NCBI GenBank assembly: GCA_030584185.1
Contig: CP129495.1
Span: 639,608-703,607 of the forward strand
From: Acidimicrobiia bacterium
GTDB lineage: Bacteria; Actinomycetota; Acidimicrobiia; Spongiisociales; UBA11373
DNA length: 64,000 nucleotides
Direction of reading: 5' to 3'
Shown: piece after piece, positions 47,640 through 57,712 of the stretch
Layout: the number at the start of each line of letters is the position of its first letter
Position numbering within the stretch: position 1 is the first letter of the stretch
Made by a program: the position numbers and the translations under genes
The notes under the pieces: model-generated
Database searches by the model: none
Seen by the model: the letters and a program-made list of their open reading frames with translations, nothing else
Told to the model about the DNA's origin: nothing

Positions 47640-49766
47640 ATGCCCTCATCGCCTGCCCGTCGACCGCTTCTGGCACTCTCCGGACTCGCCCTGGCGCTCG
47701 CCCTGCTGCCCGCCTTGCCGGCCTCCGCCGGCGGCGAATGGACCTTCTCGGGCGGCGGGTTCGGCCACTCGGTGGGGATGAGCCAGTTCGGTGCCTACGG
47801 AATGGCGCGGGGCGGCGCCACCTGGCAGGAGATCACCGGCCACTACTACACCGGCTCCACGGCGGGCCCGGTTCGACCCGAGCTGGCGGAGAGTCCCCTG
47901 TGGGTCAACCTGGTCACCGAGAAGAGCACGCTGACCTTCACGGTGCGCACCACCGGGAGCGCGCCCGGCGTTCCGGCACGGTTCGCTTCGAGTGCAGGAG
48001 CGCTCGAAGCCGGGACCGGCGACTCGGTGACCATCGGTCGCAACCCCGACGGAACCTGCACCACCTCTGCTCCTTCGGGGTCGTTCACCGGCGACTGTGT
48101 CATCGACGCCGAGTGGGACGGCTGGTCGGGGGCGCCAACCACGGCATTGGTGCTGGCAGGATGCTCCCTGACCAACTGGAACCTGACCTCGGGGAGCCGT
48201 TCGCAGCCCTGCACCTACGCCCGCGGATCGCTGCGGCTGCGTCCCGACAACAACACCAACACGATCGATGCCTCGGTCGAGATCGGCATGGAGGACTATC
48301 TGCTCGGGATCTCCGAGATGCCCTACTACTGGGGGCAGACCGGAGGCATGGCCGCCCTGGAGGCCCAGGTGGTCGCCGCCCGCTCATACGCATACGCCCG
48401 GGTCATCTCGCGCGGAGCGCCCGAGAGACGGCCCTGGTGCTGGTGCCACCTCTACGACACGCCCGTCGACCAGAGCTACGTCGGCTGGGGTCACGGGACC
48501 CAGGAGTGGATCGACGCCGTGCGCAACACCGCAGATCAGGTGCTGTACCACCCGGCGATCACCCGTGACGGCGCCCCCACCCCTCTGAACGCCTTCTACT
48601 CGTCGAGCACCTTCGGGCGCACCGAGAACTCGGAAGACGCCTTCACCGCCACACTGCCCTACCTGAGGGGTGTCGACGATCACTACGCCGGCATCCCCGA
48701 GGTCTTCAACGGCAACTTCAGGTGGACGACGACCTTCACCTCATCCCAGCTGGCGGCGCGCCTGCCAGGAATGAGCACGGTCACCGGCGCCACGATCACG
48801 AGGTGCTCCGCTTCGGGCGCCGCACTCGAGGTGACGTTCGACGGCAGCGGTGGGCCCCGGACCTTCCACGCCCGCCAGCTTCGCTCCTACCTGGGACTGA
48901 GATCGCAGCAGATCTTCGCCATCGGCGGCTCCGTCCCGACCGCGTCCGGCTGCACCGAGGCACCGCCCTCCCCCACGACGACGACCACGACCGCACCCAC
49001 CACCACCACCACCACCGTCCCCGACACCGCCACCACGACCACGGTCCCCGTCACGACAACGAGCACGACCACGACCACCGTCCCCGCCACCACGACCACC
49101 ACCACCACCACCGTCCCCGCCACCACGACCACCACCACCACCACCGTCCCCGCCACCACGACCACCACCACCGTCCCCGCCACCACGACCACCACCACCG
49201 TCCCCGCCACCACGACCACGACCACCACGACCACACCCGGTCGGACCGGGGCGTGCTCCCTGCCGGAGACCCCGATCGACGCCCTGGTGACCGGCGGCCG
49301 GACGCTGCGGTTCGGCGCCACCGGAGGCGACGTGGCCGAGCTCCAGCAGGTGCTGGCGGCACTGGGGATCTATGCCGGGCCGATCGACGGGGCCTTTGGC
49401 AGTGCCACCCTGAGTGCGGTCAAGACCTTCCAGAGAGGGCGCGGCCTGGTCGCAGACGGAATCGTGGGTGGGGTCACCCGCAGCACCCTGGTCGCCCTCC
49501 GTGAGGCGATCGGCAACGGCCTGGCGCTGGGTGGCGACCCGAGCCTGCTGCGTCGCGGGTCCCGCGGCGACTCGGTGAAGGCCCTCCAGCACCTGCTGTC
49601 GTTCCTGGGCTACGGGCCGGGACCTGTCGATGGATCCTTCGGTCTGCGCACCGACCTGGCCGTCACCGCGTTCCAGCGGGCCCGGAGCCTCGCCGTCGAC
49701 GGCGTGATCGGGGGAGCCACCCGGGCCGCAATCGCCAACGCTCTCGGGATCGGTGACTGCCGCTGA
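47640..49766 (+). CDS. Secreted SpoIID/LytB-domain protein with Thr-rich linker and two peptidoglycan-binding domains
   Basis: Signal peptide, 'GHSVGMSQFGA', 'EDYLLGISEMP', 'AQVVAARSYA'; PG_binding-like 'LQ..L..LG..GP.DG.FG..T..AV..FQ' twice. Confidence 0.88.
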   Translation: MPSSPARRPLLALSGLALALALLPALPASAGGEWTFSGGGFGHSVGMSQFGAYGMARGGATWQEITGHYYTGSTAGPVRPELAESPLWVNLVTEKSTLTFTVRTTGSAPGVPARFASSAGALEAGTGDSVTIGRNPDGTCTTSAPSGSFTGDCVIDAEWDGWSGAPTTALVLAGCSLTNWNLTSGSRSQPCTYARGSLRLRPDNNTNTIDASVEIGMEDYLLGISEMPYYWGQTGGMAALEAQVVAARSYAYARVISRGAPERRPWCWCHLYDTPVDQSYVGWGHGTQEWIDAVRNTADQVLYHPAITRDGAPTPLNAFYSSSTFGRTENSEDAFTATLPYLRGVDDHYAGIPEVFNGNFRWTTTFTSSQLAARLPGMSTVTGATITRCSASGAALEVTFDGSGGPRTFHARQLRSYLGLRSQQIFAIGGSVPTASGCTEAPPSPTTTTTTAPTTTTTTVPDTATTTTVPVTTTSTTTTTVPATTTTTTTTVPATTTTTTTTVPATTTTTTVPATTTTTTVPATTTTTTTTTPGRTGACSLPETPIDALVTGGRTLRFGATGGDVAELQQVLAALGIYAGPIDGAFGSATLSAVKTFQRGRGLVADGIVGGVTRSTLVALREAIGNGLALGGDPSLLRRGSRGDSVKALQHLLSFLGYGPGPVDGSFGLRTDLAVTAFQRARSLAVDGVIGGATRAAIANALGIGDCR
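49077..49219 (+). repeat. Intragenic tandem repeat encoding TVPATTTT(TT)
   Basis: accgtccccgccaccacgaccac starts at 49077, 49110, 49143, 49170 and 49197 (periods 33, 33, 27, 27). Confidence 0.92.
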
Positions 49767-49773
49767 CCGGCGG

Positions 49774-51042
49774 TCAGCGACCCGATGCGGATAGGACGGT
49801 CCAGATCGACCGCCCCAAGATCTCCAGGTCGAGCCACAACGACAGGTGCTTCACGTAGTACAGGTCGTAGGACAGCTTCTCCACCGTGTCGGCCTCGCTG
49901 TCGGCGTATCCGAAGTTGACCTGCGCCCATCCGGTGATTCCCGGGCGTACCAGGTGCCGCTGCGAGTAGAACGGGATCGTGGAGGCGAACACCTGGGCGA
50001 AAGCTCCCTGCTCCGGCCGGGGACCGACCAGGCTGAGATCGCCCTTGAGCACGTTCCACAACTGGGGCAGCTCGTCGAGTCGCAGACGCCTCAGCAGCCG
50101 GCCGACGCGGGTGAGCCGGCCGTCGTCGAGCGCGGCGAAGCGAGCCTCGCGGTCCGGCTCGGATCGCATCGTGCGGAACTTGTACAGGGTGAAGGCACGG
50201 CCGTTTCGTCCCACCCGGCTCTGCCGGAACACCACGGGGCCCCTCGAGTCGATGGCGATCGCCGCCGCGATCAACACTCCCAACACCAAGGCCACCGGGG
50301 ACACCACCACGGTGAGAGCGGTGTCCAGCACCCGCTTCACCCGCACATACGACGAACGGTCCTCGAGCGGGACCGTGATCTCCCATCCCTCCTGGATGTG
50401 GACGATGGGGAGCTTTCCGGTGTGGTCCTCGTACGCCGACACCAGCGATCGCATCGGGTATCCGGCCAGGTTGCACGAGGAGACGAAGCGCGCCATCCCG
50501 TCGCTGAGGACGGACCGCAGGTCCACGGCGATCGTCGTCCCCGGGCGGACCAGATCGACCGGAGGCCGGCCGGAGGCGGGGAGCACGGCGACCACGTCGG
50601 CGTGGGGCGATGCCAGCAGGTCTTCCACCAGCAGCTTCTCGTCGGTTATCACCACGAGTGGCTCCGTCCACGGTCGCATCCTGCGCAGGAACCGCTGCAC
50701 CAGACCGATCCCCAACCAGGCGAGCGTGGTCACCAGGACGTAGCGGCGGGACCAGAACACGCGGGAGAACACCAGGGTCACCGAGGTCACCGCCAGCATC
50801 ACCGTCGACATGGTGAGGGCGCGCCCGTACGAGGGACGCCTGACCGAGGCCGCTCCTGGCCGGAAGGCGAGGAAGAGACCGGCGGCAGCGCCGAAGGCGA
50901 TCGACCACAACATCGGCCAGGCCTGAGTTCGGGCCACCCAGGGCAGCGGGTGGCTGAACACCGTCAGGGAGGCGACCTCGAGGGCGAGCAGCAGCCCGAG
51001 GACGTCGAGCAGCACCGCACTCGCCAGCCTTCGGCGGGCCAT
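49774..51042 (-). CDS. Polyprenyl glycosylphosphotransferase (sugar transferase, WcaJ/WbaP-like)
   Basis: Four N-terminal TM segments; 'KRVLD', 'KFRTM', 'LDELPQLWNVLKGDLSLVGPRPE', 'RPGITGWAQV'. Confidence 0.93.
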   Translation of the reverse strand: MARRRLASAVLLDVLGLLLALEVASLTVFSHPLPWVARTQAWPMLWSIAFGAAAGLFLAFRPGAASVRRPSYGRALTMSTVMLAVTSVTLVFSRVFWSRRYVLVTTLAWLGIGLVQRFLRRMRPWTEPLVVITDEKLLVEDLLASPHADVVAVLPASGRPPVDLVRPGTTIAVDLRSVLSDGMARFVSSCNLAGYPMRSLVSAYEDHTGKLPIVHIQEGWEITVPLEDRSSYVRVKRVLDTALTVVVSPVALVLGVLIAAAIAIDSRGPVVFRQSRVGRNGRAFTLYKFRTMRSEPDREARFAALDDGRLTRVGRLLRRLRLDELPQLWNVLKGDLSLVGPRPEQGAFAQVFASTIPFYSQRHLVRPGITGWAQVNFGYADSEADTVEKLSYDLYYVKHLSLWLDLEILGRSIWTVLSASGR

Positions 51043-51080
51043 GGGGTGATCAGGGTACCCGTGAGCGTTTCCCCTGGGTT

Positions 51081-52517
51081 TCACGCCATGCGCCGCGCCA
51101 GCTCGACGATGGTGCGCACCCCGAAACCGGTGCCGCCCTTGGGGAGGTAGTGCTCCGCCTCGGTGGACCTGGCGGTGCCGGCGATGTCGAGGTGGGCCCA
51201 GGGCACGTCGCCGACGAACTCCTTGAGGAGGATGGCGGCGTTGATGGCACCACCCTGGCGCGGTCCGGTGTTCTTCATGTCGGCCACGTCGGAGTCGATG
51301 TTCTTGCGGTAGTCGTCGGGCAGCGGCATCCGCCACACCCGCTCGCCGGCGGCCGCGGCCGCCGCCGCCACCTGCTCGGTGGCGCCGTCGCTGCCGAAGA
51401 GCCCGGCGATCTTGTTGCCCAGGGCGACGCCGATGGCCCCGGTCAACGTCGCCAGGTCGACGATCAGGTCGGGGCCGTGCTCGACGGCGAGGGAGAGGCC
51501 GTCGGCGAGTACCAGCCTCCCCTCGGCGTCGGTGTTGAGCACCTCAATGGTCTTTCCATTGCGGATCCGCAGCACGTCGCCCGGGCGCAGCGCAGAACCG
51601 CTGGGCATGTTCTCGGTGAGCGGAGTGATGCCCACCACCTTCACCGGCAGACCCAAGGCGGCTATCGCCTTCATGGCGGCGAACACGGCGGCCGCCCCCG
51701 ACATGTCGGTCTTCATGGTCTCCATGCCATCCGACGGCTTGATGGAAAGCCCGCCCGAGTCGAAGACGATGCCCTTGCCCACCAGCGCCAGGAAGCCCTT
51801 CGCTCCCTCGGGGGCGTAGGTGAGCTCCACCATCCGAGGCGGGTTGGCGGCGCCGAGCGATACCCCGCGCAGGCCCCCGAATCCTTCGGCCTCGATCTGG
51901 TGCTCGTCGAAGACCCTCACCCCGAGACCCTGGGCTGCGGCGATCTCGCCGGCGATCGCCGCCAGTGCCTCGGGCGACTTCCCCATCGCCGGCTCGTTCA
52001 CCAGGTCCCGCGCCAGGCACACGGCGTCGCCGATCACGGCGCCGGTTGCCGTGGCGGACAGGTCGTCATCCGAGGCCCCGAGCAACACCACCCGGGCGAT
52101 ACGCGACGGCTTCTTCTCGGTCTTGTGCCGGTCGAAGGTGTAGGCGCCGAGCACGAAGCCGAGACCCACCGCCTCGGCCGATCCCGAGCCGTTGGCGGTG
52201 TGCAGGCTGGTGGCCACCGTCTCCATCCGGCTGCACTTGCCTGCAGCGACGCCGGCGGCCCGCCGGACCTGCTCGATGTCGGATGGGTCGCCCAGGCCGA
52301 CCATGACCACCCGCCGGTACGGGATCGACCCGCCACCGGGCACCGAGACCGACTGCCCCGCCTTCCCGGTGAACTCGGCGTCGTCGAGGTGGGAGCCCAG
52401 CCACGGGAGTCGCTCCATCACCCAGGCGGCGGCGTCGTCGAAGGATCGATCCGATCCCACTCCGACGACTATGGCATCCGCCTCGCCTCCGATCTCTCCG
52501 GTGACGAACTCGATCAT
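51081..52517 (-). CDS. pepA: Leucyl aminopeptidase (M17)
   Basis: 'GKGIVFDSGG', 'MKTDMSGAA', 'NTDAEGRLVLADG', 'HLDIAG'. Confidence 0.96.
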   Translation of the reverse strand: MIEFVTGEIGGEADAIVVGVGSDRSFDDAAAWVMERLPWLGSHLDDAEFTGKAGQSVSVPGGGSIPYRRVVMVGLGDPSDIEQVRRAAGVAAGKCSRMETVATSLHTANGSGSAEAVGLGFVLGAYTFDRHKTEKKPSRIARVVLLGASDDDLSATATGAVIGDAVCLARDLVNEPAMGKSPEALAAIAGEIAAAQGLGVRVFDEHQIEAEGFGGLRGVSLGAANPPRMVELTYAPEGAKGFLALVGKGIVFDSGGLSIKPSDGMETMKTDMSGAAAVFAAMKAIAALGLPVKVVGITPLTENMPSGSALRPGDVLRIRNGKTIEVLNTDAEGRLVLADGLSLAVEHGPDLIVDLATLTGAIGVALGNKIAGLFGSDGATEQVAAAAAAAGERVWRMPLPDDYRKNIDSDVADMKNTGPRQGGAINAAILLKEFVGDVPWAHLDIAGTARSTEAEHYLPKGGTGFGVRTIVELARRMA

Positions 52518-53065
52518 CGATCCTCCTCGGTCTTGGTCGGCGTCCACGTGCCCTCGGAGGCGCGTGCCAGTGCGTACAGGTAGTCGGCGAGGCGGTTCAG
52601 GTACGGAACCACCAGAGATCCCTCGATGCCGGCGGCGGCCGTGTGGGTCACGGCACGCCGCTCCGCCCGCCGCACGATCGTCCTCGCCAGGTCGATCGCC
52701 GCCGCAACCGGGTCGCCGCCAGGCACCACGAACTCGTTGGGCAGGCCCCCTGCGGCCTCGATGGCGTCGATCTGCGACTCGAGGGCGGCCACCATCTCGG
52801 TGGTGACCAGAGTGGAGCCGGCCTGCAGCCGGTCCCGCTTGGCTGGTGCGGTCGCCAACTCGGCGGCGACCACGAAGAGGTCGCGCTGCACTGCGAGCAG
52901 GTCCTGCGCCAGGTCGGGGTCGGCGGCGGCCCGGGCGATCCCGATGGCGGAGACCGCCTCGTCGACGGTGCCGTACGCCTCGGGCCCGGTGTCGTCCTTG
53001 GCGACCCGTCCCCCGTGGAACAAGCCTGTGGAGCCGTCGTCGCCGCGGCGGGTGTAGATCTTCAC
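52514..53065 (-). CDS. pduO: Cob(I)alamin adenosyltransferase, PduO type
   Basis: 'KIYTRRGDDGST', 'YGTVDE', 'RRAER', 'YLNRLADYL'. Confidence 0.93.
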   Translation of the reverse strand: MKIYTRRGDDGSTGLFHGGRVAKDDTGPEAYGTVDEAVSAIGIARAAADPDLAQDLLAVQRDLFVVAAELATAPAKRDRLQAGSTLVTTEMVAALESQIDAIEAAGGLPNEFVVPGGDPVAAAIDLARTIVRRAERRAVTHTAAAGIEGSLVVPYLNRLADYLYALARASEGTWTPTKTEEDR

Positions 53066-53110
53066 GGCAGAAAGTGTAAGGCCGTCACCGCAGAGGCCGG
53101 AAGGCTCCCG

Positions 53111-53770
53111 TCAGGCGCCGAGGGTGAGGCGCCCGGCGACGACCGCCCCCGCCCCGGTGAGGACCGCCAGATAGGACAGCCCGGTTGCGGCCATGACCGC
53201 CGGGTAGCCCCGCTCCCCCAGCGCCAGCCACACGCCGGCCATGAGCAGCGCCGTGGTCGCCGAGAGCGCCGCCCATCCCGGGCCGATGAAACCTTCGCCG
53301 GCGAGCGAGGCGCCGGCCACCAGGAGCACGCCGAAGTCGGCGGCCGCCCCGACCAGCCCGACCAGCGCCAGTGTCCGCAGCGACCGCCGGGGCAGCGAAG
53401 GGTCGACCAGGTACCAGTGCCCGAGCATCATCTCGGAGGTCACCCCCCCGAGCAGCACCGCCCCGGTGATCACCGACCACGGCGCCTCGCCCGAGCCGAG
53501 AGCAGCCACGACCAGGGCCGCACCGGCGAGGCCGGCCGCACCGGCGCGCAGAAGCGGCCGCCGCACCCCGACGAGGCCGACGACCAGGAGCCCGACTCCC
53601 GCCCAGGCCGCGGCGCCGCCACCGGCGGCCGCCGACGGGGCCGCGAAGAGCAAGGAGGCGCCGAGTGCCAGCCATGCGTATCCGACCCCGCCGATCCCCC
53701 AGCGGAAGACGAGCACCGCACCGCCGGCGAGACCGGCCGCCCAGGTGGCGAGCAGTGCCGCCGGCTCCAC
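53111..53770 (-). CDS. Hypothetical polytopic membrane protein
   Basis: 219 aa, hydrophobic; 'EMMLGHWYL' and 'ATGLSYL' motifs; 4 nt downstream of tkt. Confidence 0.7.
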   Translation of the reverse strand: MEPAALLATWAAGLAGGAVLVFRWGIGGVGYAWLALGASLLFAAPSAAAGGGAAAWAGVGLLVVGLVGVRRPLLRAGAAGLAGAALVVAALGSGEAPWSVITGAVLLGGVTSEMMLGHWYLVDPSLPRRSLRTLALVGLVGAAADFGVLLVAGASLAGEGFIGPGWAALSATTALLMAGVWLALGERGYPAVMAATGLSYLAVLTGAGAVVAGRLTLGA

Positions 53771-53774
53771 GCCG

Positions 53775-55721
53775 TCAGCGCCCCGAGAGCCAGTGCTCGA
53801 TCCGGGAGGCGACGGCGGGCGAGGTCAGGCCCATCTCTTCGGCGATCCGCTCCCAGGGGGCCGACGCCCCGAAACGGTCGATCCCGATGCGCAGCCCGTC
53901 GATGCCGACGAAACGCTCCCACCCGAACGGGGAGGCGGCCTCCAGAGACACCCGCGGGAGGCCGTCGCCGAGCACCGCCGTCCGGTACTCGTCGTCCTGT
54001 TCGAGGAACGCCTCCCAGCAGGGAAGGGAGACCACCTGCGCCGAGACGCCACCGGCGGCGAGCAGGTCGGCCGCTTCCAGCGCCACCCACACCTCGGAGC
54101 CGGTGGCGATCAGGACCAGGTCGGTGCCCGGGCGCAGCACGTAGCCGCCCCGATGGGCCGCCCCCTCCAGCCCGGTGCGATCGAGCACGGGGACTGCTTG
54201 CCTAGTGAGCACCAGGGCCGTCGGGCCCTCGGTGCGTTCCAGGGCCATCTCCCACGCCTCGGCGGTCTCGCCGGCGTCGGCGGGCCGCACCACGTGGAGC
54301 CCGGGGATCGCCCGGAGGGACGCCAGGTGCTCGATCGGCTGGTGTGTGGGACCGTCCTCGCCGAGGAACACCGAGTCGTGGGTGAACACGAAGATCGACG
54401 GCGCCCCCATGAGGGCGGCCAGGCGGATCGACGGCCTCATGTAGTCGCTGAAGACGAGAAAGGTCGCCCCGAAGGGCCTCAGGCCGCCGTGGATGGCGAT
54501 CCCGTTGACGGCCGCTCCCATGGCGTGCTCCCGCACCCCGAACCGGAGATTGTGGCCCGAGGGGCTGTCCTGGAACTCTCCCGCCTCGGCGATCAAGGTG
54601 TTGGTGGAGGGGGCAAGGTCGGCGGAGCCACCGATCAACCCGGGCATCTCGGAGGAGATCCTGTTGATCGCCCTGCCCGAGGCCTTGCGGGTCTCCACCC
54701 GCTCCCCCGGTTGGTATCCCAGGTCGCCGATCTCGATGGTGGGCGCCTGGAAGTGCCGCTCCCAGGCGGCGCGCCGTTCGGGGTCAGCGAAGGCCTTCTG
54801 GCTCCTCTCCAGCCATGCCTGGCGGGCGGCGCGCCCCCGATCCATCGCCGCCGCGAAGAACTCACGCACCTCGTCGGGAACCTCGAATTGGGGCAGGTCC
54901 CATCCGATCGACTCCTTGTAGGCGGTGATCTCGGCCGCTCCGAGGGGACTGCCGTGGGATGCGGCGGTGCCTTCGAGGGTCGGAGCGCCGTAGGCGATCC
55001 TGGTGTGGCAGGCGATCAGCGAGGGCCGGGGGTCGGCGGCGGCAGCCGTGATCGCCTGATCCACCGCCTGGCGGTCGTGCCCGTCGACGTCCAGGGTGTG
55101 CCAGCCGAAGGAGGTGAAGCGGGCGAGGACGTCTTCGGTGAAGGCGAGGTCGGTGCTCCCTTCGATCGATATCTCGTTGTCGTCGTACAGGAAGGTGATC
55201 CTCCCCAGGACGAGCCGCCCGGCCAGGGACGCCGCCTCGGAGGAGATGCCCTCCATGAGATCGCCGTCGCCGACGAAGGCGTAGGTGCGATGGTCGACCA
55301 GGTCTTCGCCGAGCGTGGCCCGCAGGTGCGCCTCGGCGATGGCCATGCCCACAGCGGTACCGAGACCCTGGCCCAAGGGACCGGTGGTCGTCTCGATCCC
55401 GAGGTGTGGCTCCCGCTCCGGGTGGCCGGGCGTCGCCGAACCCCACTGCCGGAATGCGGTGATGTCGTCCATCGTCACCGGGAACCCGCTCAGGTGGAGC
55501 AGCGAGTAGAGCAGCATCGAGCCGTGACCGTTGGAGAGGACGAACCGATCGCGGTCGGGCCAGAGCGGGTCGGAGGGGTCGACCCGAAGGTGGCGGCCCC
55601 ACAGGACCACGGCGATGTCGGCCATGCCCATCGGCATCCCGGGATGGCCACTGTCGGCCCTCTGGATGGCGTCGATGCTGAGGACGCGCAGGGTGTCGAC
55701 CGCTCGTTGCTCCGGGCTCAC
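53775..55721 (-). CDS. tkt: Transketolase
   Basis: 'SGHPGMP', 'LSNGHGSM', 'GDGDLMEG', 'GVREHAM', 'GEDGPTHQP'. Confidence 0.98.
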   Translation of the reverse strand: MSPEQRAVDTLRVLSIDAIQRADSGHPGMPMGMADIAVVLWGRHLRVDPSDPLWPDRDRFVLSNGHGSMLLYSLLHLSGFPVTMDDITAFRQWGSATPGHPEREPHLGIETTTGPLGQGLGTAVGMAIAEAHLRATLGEDLVDHRTYAFVGDGDLMEGISSEAASLAGRLVLGRITFLYDDNEISIEGSTDLAFTEDVLARFTSFGWHTLDVDGHDRQAVDQAITAAAADPRPSLIACHTRIAYGAPTLEGTAASHGSPLGAAEITAYKESIGWDLPQFEVPDEVREFFAAAMDRGRAARQAWLERSQKAFADPERRAAWERHFQAPTIEIGDLGYQPGERVETRKASGRAINRISSEMPGLIGGSADLAPSTNTLIAEAGEFQDSPSGHNLRFGVREHAMGAAVNGIAIHGGLRPFGATFLVFSDYMRPSIRLAALMGAPSIFVFTHDSVFLGEDGPTHQPIEHLASLRAIPGLHVVRPADAGETAEAWEMALERTEGPTALVLTRQAVPVLDRTGLEGAAHRGGYVLRPGTDLVLIATGSEVWVALEAADLLAAGGVSAQVVSLPCWEAFLEQDDEYRTAVLGDGLPRVSLEAASPFGWERFVGIDGLRIGIDRFGASAPWERIAEEMGLTSPAVASRIEHWLSGR

Positions 55722-55754
55722 GCCCGGCAGGCTAACGAAACCCCACCCGGAGAC

Positions 55755-56840
55755 TCACTCCACGACCACCAGACCGCGCGGGGAACGGTTGAGCTCGTCG
55801 ATCCCATCGGCGGTGCACACGACGATGTCCTCGATGCGCAGCCCGAACTCGCCGGGGACGTAGATGCCGGGTTCGATGGAGAAAGCCATTCCCGGTTCGA
55901 GGGGGATCCGGTTGCCGGCGACGATGAAGGGGTGCTCGTGCACCTCCAGGCCGATCCCGTGGCCGGTGCGATGGATGAACCGCTCACCGAGCCCGGCGGC
56001 GTCGATCACCTGGCGGGCGGCGGCGTCGATGCTCTCGGCGGTGACTCCGGGCCGCACCGCGGAGCGTGCCGCCTCCTGGGCCTCCTCGAGCACGGCGTGG
56101 GCGGCCGCCACCGGCTCCCGGGGCGGGCCCATCGCGAAGGTCCGGGTGGTGTCCGAGTGGTATCCCCCCACTGTGCCGCCGAAGTCGACCACCACGGCGT
56201 CGCCCTCCACGATGGGGCGGCCACCGGGCTCGTGGTGGGGCGACGCCCCGTTGGGGCCGGCGGCGACGATCGCCGACCAGGCATGATCGTGGCCCTCTTC
56301 GACCGCCATCGCCTCCACCTTCGCTGCCAGCTGCCTCTCGGTGAGGCCGGAGAACCGGGTGGTCGCCAGGCGGACCGCCACCCGGTCGGCGGCGGCTCCC
56401 GCAGCGCGCAGCAGGTCGATCTCGGCGGGCTCCTTGCGCATGCGGAGCTCGCGGGTCAGCGGCGACGCCGGGGCGAATCCGGTGGCGGGCATCGCCTCCT
56501 GCAGGGAGAGCAGGAACACCGACCAGGTGTTGTCTCCGACGAGTGCTCGCCCAGGCGTACCCGCCAGGTCGACGACGATCTCCACCGGGTCCTCGGTCTC
56601 GTCCCAGGGCCGCACGGCGAACGCATCGCCCGGCACCTCCACCCGGGGCGCCTCCAGCCGAGGCACGACCAGGGTCGCCGGGCCGTCGGCGGGCACCACG
56701 AGCATTGTGAGCCGCTCCAGCTGGGGAGCGCTGTACCCGCTGAAGTAAGGGAGGTCGGCGCCGACGGACAGCAACAACAGGTCGATGCTGCGCTCCCCCA
56801 TCAGGGTCCGAGCACGGTCGAGGCGGGCGGCGTAATCCAT
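55755..56840 (-). CDS. Xaa-Pro peptidase family M24
   Basis: 'ASPHH', 'VVDFG...YHSDTTR', 'HRTGHGIGLEVHE', 'SIEPGIY', 'RIEDIV'. Confidence 0.95.
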   Translation of the reverse strand: MDYAARLDRARTLMGERSIDLLLLSVGADLPYFSGYSAPQLERLTMLVVPADGPATLVVPRLEAPRVEVPGDAFAVRPWDETEDPVEIVVDLAGTPGRALVGDNTWSVFLLSLQEAMPATGFAPASPLTRELRMRKEPAEIDLLRAAGAAADRVAVRLATTRFSGLTERQLAAKVEAMAVEEGHDHAWSAIVAAGPNGASPHHEPGGRPIVEGDAVVVDFGGTVGGYHSDTTRTFAMGPPREPVAAAHAVLEEAQEAARSAVRPGVTAESIDAAARQVIDAAGLGERFIHRTGHGIGLEVHEHPFIVAGNRIPLEPGMAFSIEPGIYVPGEFGLRIEDIVVCTADGIDELNRSPRGLVVVE

Positions 56841-56957
56841 GGGGAGAGGCTAGATGCGCGCTCCCGCTGGCGGTGTCACGGGGCGGGCGTCCCTGCCTGG
56901 GGAGGGGATTGCGAGGGTGGTCTGGGTTCTCGGTCCCCCACTCCTACCCCGCTGTCA

Positions 56958-56972
56958 GCACGCTGGCCGAGG
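56958..56972 (+). repeat. 15-bp direct repeat, left copy (GCACGCTGGCCGAGG)
   Basis: Identical to 58418..58432; companion motif TTGCGAGGGTG at 56909..56919. Confidence 0.85.
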
Positions 56973-57270
56973 CCAGTGCTCGCCAATGTCACCCGACAAC
57001 CAGACCACGACGAAGGGAAGACGACGGCCTCCCGAGCAGTCGGGTACGACCTCACAAGGTAGGTGGTGGCCATGACCAGGAGCAGCAGAAGCGACAGTTC
57101 GAGCGCATGACCCGAGACGCTACGACGAGGGTGTGACAGAACCCGGTATTTCCGACCCCACCACCAGCACCGCCCCCGTGGGGTCACAGGGGCGGACGGC
57201 TGGCCGATCTACCTGGCGGCTGTCGGTATGCGCTCGCTCAGGTCGCTTACTCCTGGCGGCAACACCGACT

Positions 57271-57465
57271 CTACAACGACACCACGACACGACCAGGGAT
57301 CACCATCACCGTCCTCGAGGAGTCGGTCAGCAGCACCCAACCGGCATCGAGCCGGTCGGCCGCAGTCCCCCCCCCCACTTGAATGGGGCGTTGACTCCCA
57401 GGATCGAGACGCACTCTCCGACTTGCACCCGGAGACAGCCCGCCGCTCGGAATCCTGATGGTCAT
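57271..57465 (-). CDS. Small hypothetical ORF (64 aa) containing a G10 tract
   Basis: ATG overlaps the stop of a 12-codon ORF (57500..57462); MTIRIPSGG...VVVSL*; may be decayed. Confidence 0.3.
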   Translation of the reverse strand: MTIRIPSGGLSPGASRRVRLDPGSQRPIQVGGGTAADRLDAGWVLLTDSSRTVMVIPGRVVVSL

Positions 57466-57499
57466 CGGCAGACCGACGACCACTCCCAGAAGGTCGCCA

Positions 57500-57712
57500 T
57501 CACAGCCCCATGACCTTCCGCCAGCACCGATCACAGACCCACCACAAACCATCATCGAGCAGAACCATCTCGCACCCGAGAGGCTGGAACCTCTCGCACA
57601 ACTCGCACCGACGACGAGACCGCCGAGGGGAGGGCGCCGTCCCCCGCCTCCGGCGGATGGCCGGCACCCCCTCACCCTTCGGAGATCCCCGCCGACCCTT
57701 GCGCCTACTCAT
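57500..57712 (-). CDS. Small basic protein with CxxC...CxxC
   Basis: ATGA overlap with the Rep-like stop; MSRRKGRR...CELC...CDRC...; 70 aa. Confidence 0.5.
   Translation of the reverse strand: MSRRKGRRGSPKGEGVPAIRRRRGTAPSPRRSRRRCELCERFQPLGCEMVLLDDGLWWVCDRCWRKVMGL

Noticed and set aside
48970-49240. Possible CRISPR array
   Set aside because: Repeats are in-frame Thr codons with no unique spacers; no cas genes. No CRISPR array seen anywhere in the window.
53241-57062. 1,273-aa plus-strand ORF
   Set aside because: Antisense shadow of tkt and the M24 peptidase.
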